Source: a virus. From it: a stretch of DNA of 41,704 bases. Numbering within the stretch: position 1 is the stretch's first letter; the number at the start of each line of letters is the position of its first letter. The stretch spans positions 1 through 41,704 of IMG/VR virus record IMGVR_UViG_3300045988_041287; one strand, 5' to 3'. A program made the translations under genes and the position numbers. The notes beneath the pieces were generated by a model, which did no database searches, had not been told where the DNA came from, and worked only from the letters and a program-made list of their open reading frames with translations. Of the stretch, positions 13,649-23,200 are shown piece after piece.

Positions 13649-13986
13649 ATTTCCTCCTGCACCATGCTGTACAGCCTGTCCAAGTCGTTCACGTCAAACC
13701 GCAGCTCCCCAATAATGGGGATGTTGACCGGCAGCTTCTTGCCGTCCAGCTTCGGACGTGCGACGCTGTACAGCTTTTCCACGTCCACGTTGCCGCTCTC
13801 ATCCATCACGCCCATCATCTGCACCACGGGATGCTCCCGCAGCGCAAGGAGCTTGTCCCTGCCGCCCTCCATCACAAGTGCCAGCATGATTCCCGCTCCG
13901 ATGCCCTTGCCGGTCGGCAGGCGGGGTAAAATCTCATTGTCCGCAAAGCGCGTCACCGCGCTCATGATCTGGTCGATCGTCGCCAT
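13645..13986 (-). CDS. Hypothetical protein, 113 aa
   Basis: ORF track; ATGA overlap with the downstream gene. Confidence 0.65.
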   Translation of the reverse strand: MATIDQIMSAVTRFADNEILPRLPTGKGIGAGIMLALVMEGGRDKLLALREHPVVQMMGVMDESGNVDVEKLYSVARPKLDGKKLPVNIPIIGELRFDVNDLDRLYSMVQEEM

Positions 13987-14035
13987 ACTCTACCTCCGTT
14001 TCGTGCGGGGCGGCTTGTGCCGCCCCTTTTGTGTG

Positions 14036-14584
14036 TCAGTTGCCGCAGCACCCGCCGCACTTGGGAAGCGGGTTGTAGAGCGACTGCGCCGTTGTGCCCG
14101 TGCCGGTGGTAACGTCTGCGACCATCTTCGGGTAAAACGTCGCGTTTGCATAGGTGACAATGCTGTTGTCAGCGCAGCAGCGGCGCTCTGCCTCCATCTT
14201 GATCTTCTCGTTCAGACGCTCCTCCACGCAGGCGATGTCCTGCCGCGCCAGCGTGAAGCTGTCCTCGGTCTTCTGGTTGTGCACCGCCTGTGCCGCCAGC
14301 CCATTGCGCACGTCCTTGAGCTGCCCGTCGATGTACGCATACACCTCCAGCATCTTCTGATCGTTGTAGGTGTTGGCTTTCAGCAGCGCGATCTCGCTGT
14401 CCTTCGCCGCCAGCTTCCCTTCCCGGTCCAGCTCGTACCGTGTCACCGGCGTGTTCTCGCTGCAGCCACCGTTCTGCCAGCCGCCAAACAGATTGCCAAG
14501 ACCCCCGTTCAGAACACCCAGCCCCGTGCCGATTGCGCCCAGCGTGACGCCCAGGTTGCCCTTGCCATTGCTTGCATACTCCAT
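14036..14584 (-). CDS. Hypothetical protein with a Gly-rich N-terminus, coiled coil and C-terminal CGGCCGN
   Basis: ORF track; AAAGGAGG RBS. Hairpins lie on both sides (14007-14026 and 14691-14712). Confidence 0.65.
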   Translation of the reverse strand: MEYASNGKGNLGVTLGAIGTGLGVLNGGLGNLFGGWQNGGCSENTPVTRYELDREGKLAAKDSEIALLKANTYNDQKMLEVYAYIDGQLKDVRNGLAAQAVHNQKTEDSFTLARQDIACVEERLNEKIKMEAERRCCADNSIVTYANATFYPKMVADVTTGTGTTAQSLYNPLPKCGGCCGN

Positions 14585-14683
14585 TGCTCATACCTCCTTT
14601 TGTGTAGTAAGCCGTTCGGCTTCTACCGTCAGTATGCGCTTTTCCTTTTTTCGATGTGCCTCACTTGTGCATCACCTCCGCTC

Positions 14684-14720
14684 AAAAAAAGACCGTGCAT
14701 TTCTGCACGGTCTTTTCTCT
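14684..14720 (-). terminator. Rho-independent terminator after the lysis/sigma-like genes
   Basis: Stem gaccgtgca/tgcacggtc, loop tttc. On the minus strand it is followed by TTTTTTT; a T-run also follows on the plus strand. Confidence 0.8.
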
Positions 14721-14722
14721 GT

Positions 14723-14968
14723 TCAGTTCAGCAGTCTCGACGTTCTCTGCATCCTTCTCAAGATGTCCGGCAGCCGCCTTTGCACCGTCGCGCGCCCCAG
14801 ATACAGTTCCGTCGCCACATCCACCTGCGGCAGCTTGTCCACATAATAGAGCCTTGCGATCTGCGTATCCTCTCTGCCAAGATTCGCCTCGCGGATCACG
14901 GTCTCCATGCCCTGCCGGGTCATGCGCTCCAGCTCCGGCGGCATCGTAATTCTGGCGCGTGGCGACAT
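14723..14968 (-). CDS. Sigma-70 region-4-like HTH protein (putative transcription regulator)
   Basis: LGREDTQIARLYYVDKLPQVDVATELYLGRATVQRRLPDIL resembles sigma region 4.2. Confidence 0.55.
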   Translation of the reverse strand: MSPRARITMPPELERMTRQGMETVIREANLGREDTQIARLYYVDKLPQVDVATELYLGRATVQRRLPDILRRMQRTSRLLN

Positions 14969-14972
14969 CCCA

Positions 14973-15629
14973 TCACTTCCTTTTCAGCGTCGCAATATTC
15001 CCCTGAAAGCCGACCTCCAGATCCAACGCCTTTGCAACGTCTCGAATCTTCACATAGTTCGTGCCGTTCTTGAGGATGCGGTTGACCTCGACCTTCTTTC
15101 CATCGACGATCATATAGCTCTTTTCGACCACCTCGCCCACCTCCTCTACCTGTCTGCGGAATTTTGCCAGCCCGTCATTCCCGACCCAGTACGCCGGGCA
15201 CTTCTTGCCCATCACATCATAGTGCCGGATGATGTGGTCATACGGGATGCCGTACTGCTTGCAAAGCTGGTACACCAGCTCCGCCGCGTTTGCGATGGTC
15301 TTGTCTGTCGCCATCACGCGCCCGTCCCGCTTCGCGTCGCACAGCTCCACGCCGATAGAATTTGCATTCCGGCAATAGGGATGCTTATACGTCCGCGCCC
15401 CGCAGTGATAGGCAACGTAGTCATCCGGCACGCTGCGCGTGATGGAATCGTCGTCCACAAAATAGTGCGCCGATGCGACGGGATTCAGCGGGTTTTGAAA
15501 ATACCGAGCATTGCTCTCGTCAGAATCCCCATCGTTGGCGGTGTAGTGCATGACGATCCACTCGATCGTCTGCGTGCGCTTCCCGCCGTAATTGCTGCGG
15601 TGCGCGAGCTGCGTTTTGATCTGCACCAT
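14973..15629 (-). CDS. Endolysin: N-acetylmuramoyl-L-alanine amidase (Amidase_2/PGRP) with a C-terminal binding domain
   Basis: WIVMHYTANDGD...ASAHYFVDDDSI...AYHCGA...NSIGVELC. The C-terminus MIVDGKKVEVNRILKNGTNYVKIRDVAKALDLEV resembles a copper-amine-oxidase-N-type domain. Confidence 0.9.
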   Translation of the reverse strand: MVQIKTQLAHRSNYGGKRTQTIEWIVMHYTANDGDSDESNARYFQNPLNPVASAHYFVDDDSITRSVPDDYVAYHCGARTYKHPYCRNANSIGVELCDAKRDGRVMATDKTIANAAELVYQLCKQYGIPYDHIIRHYDVMGKKCPAYWVGNDGLAKFRRQVEEVGEVVEKSYMIVDGKKVEVNRILKNGTNYVKIRDVAKALDLEVGFQGNIATLKRK

Positions 15630-15633
15630 AGCC

Positions 15634-15702
15634 TCACCCCCGCATCAGGAGAAACAGCATCGCACAGGCTGCGGCAAAGCACGCGATCCCCAGCCACATC
15701 AT
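15634..15702 (-). CDS. 22-aa hydrophobic peptide between holin and endolysin (MMWLGIACFAAACAMLFLLMRG)
   Basis: ATGA overlap with the holin stop; GGAGGG RBS; ends 4 nt before the endolysin ATG. Confidence 0.4.
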   Translation of the reverse strand: MMWLGIACFAAACAMLFLLMRG

Positions 15703-15911
15703 GTCTGCGTCCCTCCGTCCTTGTCCACGGCGTCCTGCATCTTCTGGCTCTGCGTGCCGAAGTAGAACGCGATGATGACCGCATAGATGGTCATGAAGTC
15801 TTGCGAGATCTTCCCGACGATCGCCATGTACGCAAACACACCCGTCAGCACCAGCGTCACCATCGACTTGACGCTCAGAAGATTCCCGATCCGCTTTTTG
15901 ATCTGTTCCAT
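15699..15911 (-). CDS. Holin-like protein, 70 aa, two TM helices
   Basis: MVTLVLTGVFAYMAIV and FMTIYAVIIAFYFG helices with a polar C-terminus. Located immediately upstream of the endolysin. Confidence 0.7.
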   Translation of the reverse strand: MEQIKKRIGNLLSVKSMVTLVLTGVFAYMAIVGKISQDFMTIYAVIIAFYFGTQSQKMQDAVDKDGGTQT

Positions 15912-16160
15912 TTAATTTTCCTCCTCTACATCCTGTTTTTTTGCAAAAATGCGCTTAAACGCCAGCGAGATCAGCTCCACGCCAAACGCGCCGCCTGCGT
16001 AGACGAGCACGTCGCTGACATCCGTCGCGCCCCATTTGATGATTGCATACGTTTTTGCAGCGACCGCCCAGATGAGCACCAGCGTCAGCACCCGCAGGCA
16101 GTACAGCACGATCGTGCGCGCCATCTCCCCCTTGCGCCAGCGGCGCTTGTTGCGGATCAC
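15912..16160 (-). CDS. Membrane protein, 82 aa (possible second holin or antiholin)
   Basis: GTG at 16160 (GTGA overlap, GGGAGG RBS). Basic N-terminus followed by two hydrophobic helices. Confidence 0.55.
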   Translation of the reverse strand: MIRNKRRWRKGEMARTIVLYCLRVLTLVLIWAVAAKTYAIIKWGATDVSDVLVYAGGAFGVELISLAFKRIFAKKQDVEEEN

Positions 16161-16462
16161 GTCACGACCTCCCACTCGTCCACCTCGTGCTTGATCTTGT
16201 CGATGAAGCTGTTGCCGCCCAGCGCCTTATATGCATTATACAGGTGCATGAAATTCTCCAGCTCGTACTGCCGGATTTTATTTTCATCCTTGTGCTTGTA
16301 GTATGTGTGCAGCATATCCGATCGGAGCAGACACCGCACGCCTGCCTTGGAAGCCGTCACACCAAGCACTCGCTCTCGCAGCGGCTTGATGAGCGCCACC
16401 AGCAGCGCCACCACCGCCATCACGCGCGTGCAAATGTCGGCGATCACCTTTAGCGTTTCCAT
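16157..16462 (-). CDS. Membrane-anchored hypothetical protein, 101 aa
   Basis: ORF track; N-terminal helix VMAVVALLVALI. Confidence 0.6.
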   Translation of the reverse strand: METLKVIADICTRVMAVVALLVALIKPLRERVLGVTASKAGVRCLLRSDMLHTYYKHKDENKIRQYELENFMHLYNAYKALGGNSFIDKIKHEVDEWEVVT

Positions 16463-16477
16463 CTCATTCCTCCTCTC

Positions 16478-16831
16478 TTACTCGATCAATGTAAAATACA
16501 GCCCCGCCATCTCATGCGGCAGATACTCCAGCATGACCGTCCCTGTGCTCTCCTGTCCCGTCGCACCGCAGAGGTACAGCCCACCGTCCTCCGGGTCGAT
16601 GTAGTACTGCCCGTAAACATACTCCATGCCGCGCTCGGCAGGTATCTGCTCAACGCTGCTCACATCCGGCTTGTCCGTCTCCGTGTAGGTATACGTCGCG
16701 TCCGCAACATCAATTGCCTCGGAGTATTCCGCGCCGGTCTCCACCTGCCGGATGAGGTAGCCCGCATCCGAATACGTCCGCCACAGCTCCACGCCGTCAC
16801 TGCGCGTTTTGTAGTGTTCTCTGATTATCAT
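16478..16831 (-). CDS. Hypothetical protein, 117 aa, associated with the fibre module
   Basis: ORF track; directly follows the LRR protein. Confidence 0.6.
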   Translation of the reverse strand: MIIREHYKTRSDGVELWRTYSDAGYLIRQVETGAEYSEAIDVADATYTYTETDKPDVSSVEQIPAERGMEYVYGQYYIDPEDGGLYLCGATGQESTGTVMLEYLPHEMAGLYFTLIE

Positions 16832-18247
16832 TTAATTTGCACTCCCTCCACCTTGCGCGATACCCACAATATGATCCGCATATGTCGCCCAGTTGGTCGC
16901 CGCTTTCCATTCATCCACAAGCCTAGCCGGAACTTGGATTTCACAATTTGCATTGATGTTTGTGAACGCGTTGGCGTTCGCCAATGTCGGCACAGCGGCG
17001 CAGTGGGTGAAGTTGTACCAAAGAACGCCTTGACAGTTTGCAAAGGCGCTTGCACCAACGCTCGTGATGCCTGCCGGAAAGTCTATCCTGATGAGGGAAT
17101 AGCAGGTCGAGGCGAAGTTGTTCGGAATTGTCGTGATTCCGTTTCCGATAACAAGTTTTTGTGCCGTCATGCAGGTATCGAAGGTATAGTCGGATAGGCT
17201 CGTCACCGCATCGGGGATGATGATCTCGTCGATGCTCTGGCAATTTGTCATCGCATATCTTAAGATTTCGGTGACACTGCTCGGGAAGGTGATATGCGGC
17301 AGTGAGTTGCTGTTGCGGAGCAAAAATCCGCCGATCTTTGTTACCCCGTTAGGGATGGAGATCGTCCGCAAACTATAGTTTGCGTAAAAGGACGACGCCT
17401 CGCTGATCGTGCAGCCCTTCGGCACGATGAATGCCTTGAGCGAACCACATGATTCAAACGTATTTGCGCCGACACTGGTCACGCTAGTCGGAACGGTAAT
17501 CGTTCTAAGCTGCCCGCACTGGATGAAACCATATGTGCCGAGCCTGCTGACGTTCTTTCCAATCTCCACTCGTTTGAGTACGCTCATGACGGCGCGCTTT
17601 GCCGTACCATACGGGCCGAGCACATTGCGTACAGATGCGTTTCTGCCGAGCGTCAGCGTGCAGCCGTCTGCCACCGCAAGCGTGATGATGTGATCGCCTG
17701 CCGTAAACTGGTGCGTGGTCTGAATCTCGCCCGTACCGGCAAAGGTCTGTGGCGCGCTGCCGTCCCCCCAATCCACGGTCACGCCGTTTGCAACGGTCTG
17801 CAAAAAGCAAAGCGGAATAGTCCCTGTGCTCACCACGTCCGGGATGGTGATGTACAGCCTTGTTTTTCCGTCATCCGTGATGTAGTTCAGCCCGACTTGC
17901 ACCTTGCGATTGAGCGATTTGATCTCCGCAAGCGTCCAGTTCCAGCCCTGACAGGTCAGCCCCGTGCGTGTCGGCAGGTCCGGCAGCGCCGTCTTGCCCG
18001 CCAGCTCGTCCAAAGACCACGCATATAGTAATGTCCCGTCATAATCGTAAAAGTTGATGTCCGCCTCCGCAGGCGGCTCAGATGGCGTGCCGCCAGTCTG
18101 AATGTTCTCGATCGCCGCCACAAACCCGTCAGGGTAGATAAGTTGCTCGGATGTGCCGCCCTTCGCGCGAATGGCATTTGCGACCTTTGTCAGGTCAGTG
18201 TTGTCGGTCAGATATTCAATGATGGGGGAAGGTTCAGGTGCTGCCAT
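16832..18247 (-). CDS. BspA-type leucine-rich-repeat protein (putative receptor-binding protein)
   Basis: Repeated ~23-aa units such as ...TSVGANTFESCGSLKAFIVP..., ...IGGFLLRNSNSLPHITFP... and ...TSVGASAFANCQGV... are typical of LRR_5. Confidence 0.75.
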   Translation of the reverse strand: MAAPEPSPIIEYLTDNTDLTKVANAIRAKGGTSEQLIYPDGFVAAIENIQTGGTPSEPPAEADINFYDYDGTLLYAWSLDELAGKTALPDLPTRTGLTCQGWNWTLAEIKSLNRKVQVGLNYITDDGKTRLYITIPDVVSTGTIPLCFLQTVANGVTVDWGDGSAPQTFAGTGEIQTTHQFTAGDHIITLAVADGCTLTLGRNASVRNVLGPYGTAKRAVMSVLKRVEIGKNVSRLGTYGFIQCGQLRTITVPTSVTSVGANTFESCGSLKAFIVPKGCTISEASSFYANYSLRTISIPNGVTKIGGFLLRNSNSLPHITFPSSVTEILRYAMTNCQSIDEIIIPDAVTSLSDYTFDTCMTAQKLVIGNGITTIPNNFASTCYSLIRIDFPAGITSVGASAFANCQGVLWYNFTHCAAVPTLANANAFTNINANCEIQVPARLVDEWKAATNWATYADHIVGIAQGGGSAN

Positions 18248-19800
18248 CAGAATGCACCTCCATTCGCATTATCGACCGCAGCCGCCGCCCACGCGCCGCT
18301 TACCACCCGCAGGAATTTCCCGTTGTCGGCGGCGGTCACATCCGGCAGAAACGGCACATCTGCCGCAAGGTCGGCTTTGGCGACCTTGGACTTAAATGCC
18401 AGGCTGCCGAGGTCGGCGAGCCACTTTGCGATTTTCCCGAACAGCACCGAGAGTTTTTCGCCCGTCGCGATATTCGTCCGTGAATCCGCCGCCGTGAATG
18501 CCGCCGTCACGTTCGACCCGTTGCCGGTGGGCGATAGTTTTTTGCTTGCTGTCAAAACCGCACTTCTTGCATACTTCTCCGCCGCCGCCGCTGTCGACGC
18601 CGCAGCAGTTGCCGCATCCATCGCCGCGCCCGCCTGTTCGTCCGCATACGCAAAAATGTCCTGCGCCTTGCCCTGCGGGTCGTACACCGCAGCGGTCATA
18701 TCACCGCCGCTGCCAGCGCCGCCATCCTCACCGTCCAGAATCTCAAAGCTGTGCTCGCCTGTCGCGTCCGTCACCGTCACGGTCGTCACCTTGCCGCTCT
18801 TGGACGTCGTGATCGTCGGGGACACGCCGTTTTCTCCTGGCGCACCGTCCGCGCCGGGGTCGCCTTTATCACCCTTCGCGCCGGGGTCACCCTTTGCGCC
18901 GGGGTCGCCTTTATCGCCCTTTTCTCCGGGATCACCCTTTGAACCGGGGTCGCCGGTGTCGCCTTTGTCACCCTTTGCGCCCGGCGCACCGTCCGCGCCG
19001 TTGGTTACCTCAAAATCAGCCGTCGTGCCGTCCGTAAAAGTGATCGTGTAGGTATCCGTCGTGCCCGCCGCGTGCGTGCCGCTCTTGAGCGTGATGGACG
19101 TGATCCCGCGCCCGTCTGCGCCCTTGTCACCCTTGCTCCCCTTGATGTTGCACACTCTGACCCATTCCGGCACGCCGGTGCTCGCGTTTGCACGAAATTG
19201 CCACACATCCGCCGTGGACGTATCGAGATACAAATCGGTCTCGTCCGCTGCGACAACGCCTTGCGGTCTCCCGCTCCCGACGTGCCACACGCTGCCGTGC
19301 TCACCGACCATCGAACAGATACGCGACCATGACGCGACCCCGTCGGACACCTCTGTGCAGATCGCCACGTCTCCCGGATAAAACGGACCGTTGCGGTACT
19401 TGACGATCCAGAGGTCATTGACCAGTACCGTATTGCCCATCTGATCCGGCATCCTATCCGTGTACCAGATACGATTCCCTCGCTCGCCGGCGTCGCCTTT
19501 GTCACCCTTCGCGCCCGGCGCACCAGTCTCGCCCTGAGCGCCCGTGTCGCCCTTGTCTCCCTTTTCTCCCGGAGGTCCTACCGCGCTGCCAAGATCCAGC
19601 ACAGTATTGTCCGTCAGCGTCAGCAGCAGGTGTCCGTTCTCGTCGATCTCCGCCGCCTTCACCCCGCGCGAAACATACCCGTTGAGCAGCGGCTTGAGCG
19701 CCCCGTTTTCCACATTCCCCGCGAGCGTCGGCGTCAGCTCTCCGTTCTGGATATACCCGTTGAGCTTCAGCACCACCTCCGGCGGAAATTCATATCTCAC
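18247..19800 (-). CDS. Collagen-like (Gly-X-Y) tail fibre protein
   Basis: Two GXY tracts: GPPGEKGDKGDTGAQGETGAPGAKGDKGDAGERG, and GADGAPGAKGDKGDTGDPGSKGDPGEKGDKGDPGAKGDPGAKGDKGDPGADGAPGENG. Confidence 0.8.
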   Translation of the reverse strand: MRYEFPPEVVLKLNGYIQNGELTPTLAGNVENGALKPLLNGYVSRGVKAAEIDENGHLLLTLTDNTVLDLGSAVGPPGEKGDKGDTGAQGETGAPGAKGDKGDAGERGNRIWYTDRMPDQMGNTVLVNDLWIVKYRNGPFYPGDVAICTEVSDGVASWSRICSMVGEHGSVWHVGSGRPQGVVAADETDLYLDTSTADVWQFRANASTGVPEWVRVCNIKGSKGDKGADGRGITSITLKSGTHAAGTTDTYTITFTDGTTADFEVTNGADGAPGAKGDKGDTGDPGSKGDPGEKGDKGDPGAKGDPGAKGDKGDPGADGAPGENGVSPTITTSKSGKVTTVTVTDATGEHSFEILDGEDGGAGSGGDMTAAVYDPQGKAQDIFAYADEQAGAAMDAATAAASTAAAAEKYARSAVLTASKKLSPTGNGSNVTAAFTAADSRTNIATGEKLSVLFGKIAKWLADLGSLAFKSKVAKADLAADVPFLPDVTAADNGKFLRVVSGAWAAAAVDNANGGAF

Positions 19801-19815
19801 GCCCCATCACTCCCC

Positions 19816-20181
19816 TCACTGTACCAGGCACTTATTCCCCTTTGCCAGCGTCGTTTTCCTCGCGCCAGCCTCGTCCGTGTATTCATACTCCACGTCGTAG
19901 GTATAGTCCCCCTCCGGGAACAGTGCCGTGGTCGCCTTGTCAAACGCCAGCGTGATCGTGTCCCCGCTGATCGTCGGTGAAAACTCCTTCACAAGCACCA
20001 TCTTTGCATCATAAAATCGTACCGTCACCGCATCGCCGGTTTTCAAATGCACCTGCTCGCCGTCCTGATCCATCAGTCCGATCTCCAAGACAATGCGAAA
20101 TACATTTCCCTCATACCAGCACAGCGTCCCAAACTCAAATCGGGGCGACGGCTTTGCCGCCGGAATATCCATACTCATCAC
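19816..20181 (-). CDS. Hypothetical virion-module protein, 121 aa
   Basis: ORF track; GGGAGGAGG RBS. Confidence 0.6.
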   Translation of the reverse strand: MMSMDIPAAKPSPRFEFGTLCWYEGNVFRIVLEIGLMDQDGEQVHLKTGDAVTVRFYDAKMVLVKEFSPTISGDTITLAFDKATTALFPEGDYTYDVEYEYTDEAGARKTTLAKGNKCLVQ

Positions 20182-20190
20182 CTCCTCCCT

Positions 20191-20226
20191 ATTGTATCAG
20201 CCTCCGGCGGCAAATCTCTAGTGCAC
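20191..20226 (-). promoter_or_regulatory. Copy 2 of the GTGCACTAGAGA-N18-TAnnnT motif (candidate internal late promoter)
   Basis: Minus strand: GTGCACTAGAGA (20226-20215), 18 nt, then TACAAT (20196-20191). Located in the gap between the giant ORF stop and the next RBS. Confidence 0.5.
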
Positions 20227-23200
20227 TACTGTGCCCATTCGTCGATTTTTTCCAGAGCCTTTTTGCGATCCTTTCCCAGCATTGCATACACCGTCGCCAG
20301 ATGTGCCCGCAGATCAATGCGCTCCCGCTCGCTCGCCTCCCGGAAGTCCTGCCGGCACAGTGCCGTGATCGCCTGGCTGATCTCGCCGTTTGTGTAGCCT
20401 GCCTTCTTCAGCTCCCGCACCACCTGTGTCACATTCTTCCCGGTCATCGCCGCCTCGCGCAGGCTCTTACCCTGCTCCGTCCACGGCTCAAAGCCCGTCA
20501 GCTTGTAGCTTTCTCCGGCAATGGCGTCCTTCTGCTCCGGCGTAAAGTCGTAGCTGTCCAATAAATCGTACAGCTCCGACTTTTTGCTCCCGCTCACCGT
20601 GTTCCCCTCTGCGTCCTTCCAGCCGTCCGCGCCCGGCAGCGCCTGCCGGTACTCCAGATACGCGCCCACGTCCGCGTTCTCGTTCAGAAGCCTTTGGAGC
20701 ATTGCCTGCTCCTTTTCGCTCGCGATCACATTGTAGTAATACATCGCCTTTGCCTCGTCTGCGATGTCGTATGCGTTCAGCGCCGCCAGCTTCGCTTCCC
20801 TCTCGCTTGCGCCCTCCGGCACGTCCACGTCCTTCATCGCCTGGATGAGCTTCCACGCCTCGCGCTGCTTCACGTCTGCCGCGCTCATCGCGAGGTACGC
20901 GTTCGTCTCCTTCATATTCAGATTTGAAAAATCGTTGTCCACCCACTTCTTTGCCTCGCTCGTCGCGGTCTTCCCGGCGATGCTTACCTTGATCGTGTTG
21001 AGGATCTTGTCTCCCGTCGTTTCGTTGAACACCGGGTACTGCATGAGCAGCTCGCCGTCCTTGTTTTTCTTAAAGCTCCCGCCCTGCACCACGGCGTAAA
21101 TGCCCTGCGCCGTTTTCTTTACCGCACCGCCGCCAAGCGGAGCAAACAGATACGTTACGGGCTTTGCTACCTCTGCCCCGATCTTCTCCCACCGAACGTC
21201 GTTTGCCATGTCCTTGTCCGTTGCAGCGTTGATGATGGTCAGAACATTCGGGATAGCCTGCGTCACGGGCAGCCGTCCGCCGTCCAGATCGTCTGTAACG
21301 AGTGCCAGCACCTGCGTCCCCGGCACATCGTCCAGTATCGCCTCGCCCAGCCCCGTCAGCGCAGCACTCAGCCGCTTCTTGTTGGTCGTCTCGATCCACT
21401 CTCCGTCCCGTCCGTGAATAAATTCCTCCGTCGCTGCGTCAAAGATATTACCCAGCCGCTTCCCGGTCGTATCACCCACAAAGTCGTTTGCCATGTTGAT
21501 CGGGTCTGGCAGCACACGCCCGCCGAATATGCTCTCGAACGCTTCATTGAACAGCCACGCATAAATGCAGTATTTCAGCAGCCTCCATGCGTATTCCGCC
21601 ACAAATCTGCTATTGCTCCAGTCTGGATGATCCTTGCTCATGTAATAGGCTGTGTCCTTGAACACGTTGCGCGGCAGGTTGTTCACCTCAAGCTGGAACT
21701 GCGTCAGCATCTTTGTAAACGGGTTCTTTGATTCGTAGCGCGTCGGCATTTCGCCCTTGCTGCGTGCCGCCATCACGTCCGCCGCGTACTGGTCCGCCTC
21801 GTCCATCGCATCGACCTCGTTCAGCCCCCGCCGCAGGTTGTCGTTATAGCGCACGCGCACGACTGCCTCAGCCGTGAAGTTGTCCACAACGTTCATTACC
21901 GCCCCGGCTGCGTCGCTGATTTTCCCCATGCGTCCATTTACAAGCGGATCGCTGCCCCGTCGGTTCGTCAGGAACGCGCTGCGCTCCACGATCCCGTCCC
22001 GGTCTCTCACGTTTCGGACTGTCTGCCACATCGCCGCGAACGTCTGCAAGCCGCCGTGCTGCATTGCTGTCTGCACCAGCGGTGCAAAGTTCGTCGCCGC
22101 TGACCTCAGGTTGAGCGCGACCATATTCGCGCCGACCCGACCGATGGTTTTCTGCATCACATTGTAGATTTTTCGTCCGTGGTCTCGCTCCATGTCCCGG
22201 TCTGTCCGGCTCTTCTTGCCCGCCAAAAGGTTTGTGTACTCCTCCAGTTCGTTCACATACCCGCTCAGTTGGAACTTTGCCTTCTCCAGAATTTCCTCGA
22301 CCTTCTTGTCCCGCTCATACTGGCTCAACTCCGTGTCGGCTCGTATTGCATCGACCTGCTGCTGAACGCCCTCCGATGACGCCATATAGCGTATCTCCGA
22401 TGCCAGCGCCCGCAGTCTCTGGATATTGTCCGTCTGATAGATCACGCTCGCCGCGCCCTCTATGTATCGGTCAAAGCCTTCCACCGCGTCATACGCTGTG
22501 TTGAAGCCCAGGCGTTCCTCTGCGTTGCCGAAATACTTGATGCCCGGTCGGAACATATACGTCCTGCCCGCGATCGTAGTCGGCAGCTCCGTCACATCCC
22601 CGTTCACACCCAAAGCGTTTGCCACCATTGCCAGAATGCCGTCCGTCTGCCCCGGCTGGAAGTGCGGGAAGTATCCGCTTCTTCTCGGCACTGGCTCGTA
22701 GCCGTTTTCAATGCGCTTTCGGTTCATGGCTTCCAGCGTTTCGTCGTAGATTTTTCGGAACTCCGCCACGGCGCTTTCGATCTTCGTCTTGTCAAGGCTC
22801 GGACTTGTTTTCCACAGCTCGCGTACCACGGCTTCCCACTCGGCAAGCGTCTTTCCATCCCGCTTTGCATCCATCGGCTTCTTCTTGAGCATTTCGATGT
22901 TGTTCATCGCCTCGCCGTAGAGCTGCACCGCGTGCGCCTCGCTCACAAGGTCGCCCGTCCGCTTCTCGCGGCTCATATTCATTGCCTTCACGCGCCCGCG
23001 CATCTCGTTCTTAAACCGCGTCGCCTTCGCCTCGTCCCGGCGTACCTGTGCAAAGTAGTCGTTGTTGATACGCTCCGCATCCTCCCGTGCGAACACATCC
23101 CGCGTGTTGCGCGTCATCGTTTCCCGCTGCAGGAAGAAGCCCTTCTTGTCCTTCGTGCTCTCGATATTCGTCAGGTGCTCACGGGCATACTCGCGGTTCT

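Noticed and set aside
14007-14030. The GC hairpin ggggcggc-ttgt-gccgcccc followed by TTTT as a terminator for a plus-strand gene.
   Set aside because: No plus-strand gene or promoter lies upstream; int already has its own terminator at 13033-13066. On the transcribed minus strand there is no T-run, so it is at most an mRNA structure or attenuator.
12926-15073. A 715-aa plus-strand ORF. Similar long antisense ORFs occur at 27510-29417, 33638-35539, 9181-10224 (minus strand), 6074-6904, 14907-16301 and 35877-36824.
   Set aside because: These run antisense to well-supported genes and cross intergenic terminators. They have Arg/Leu/Pro/His-rich low-complexity composition and lack RBSs. Such ORFs are typical high-GC shadow ORFs.
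18780-19000. Tandem DNA repeats in the fibre gene as a non-coding satellite.
   Set aside because: They are the in-frame Gly-X-Y (GDKGDPGAKGDPG...) collagen-like repeats of a continuous 517-aa ORF.
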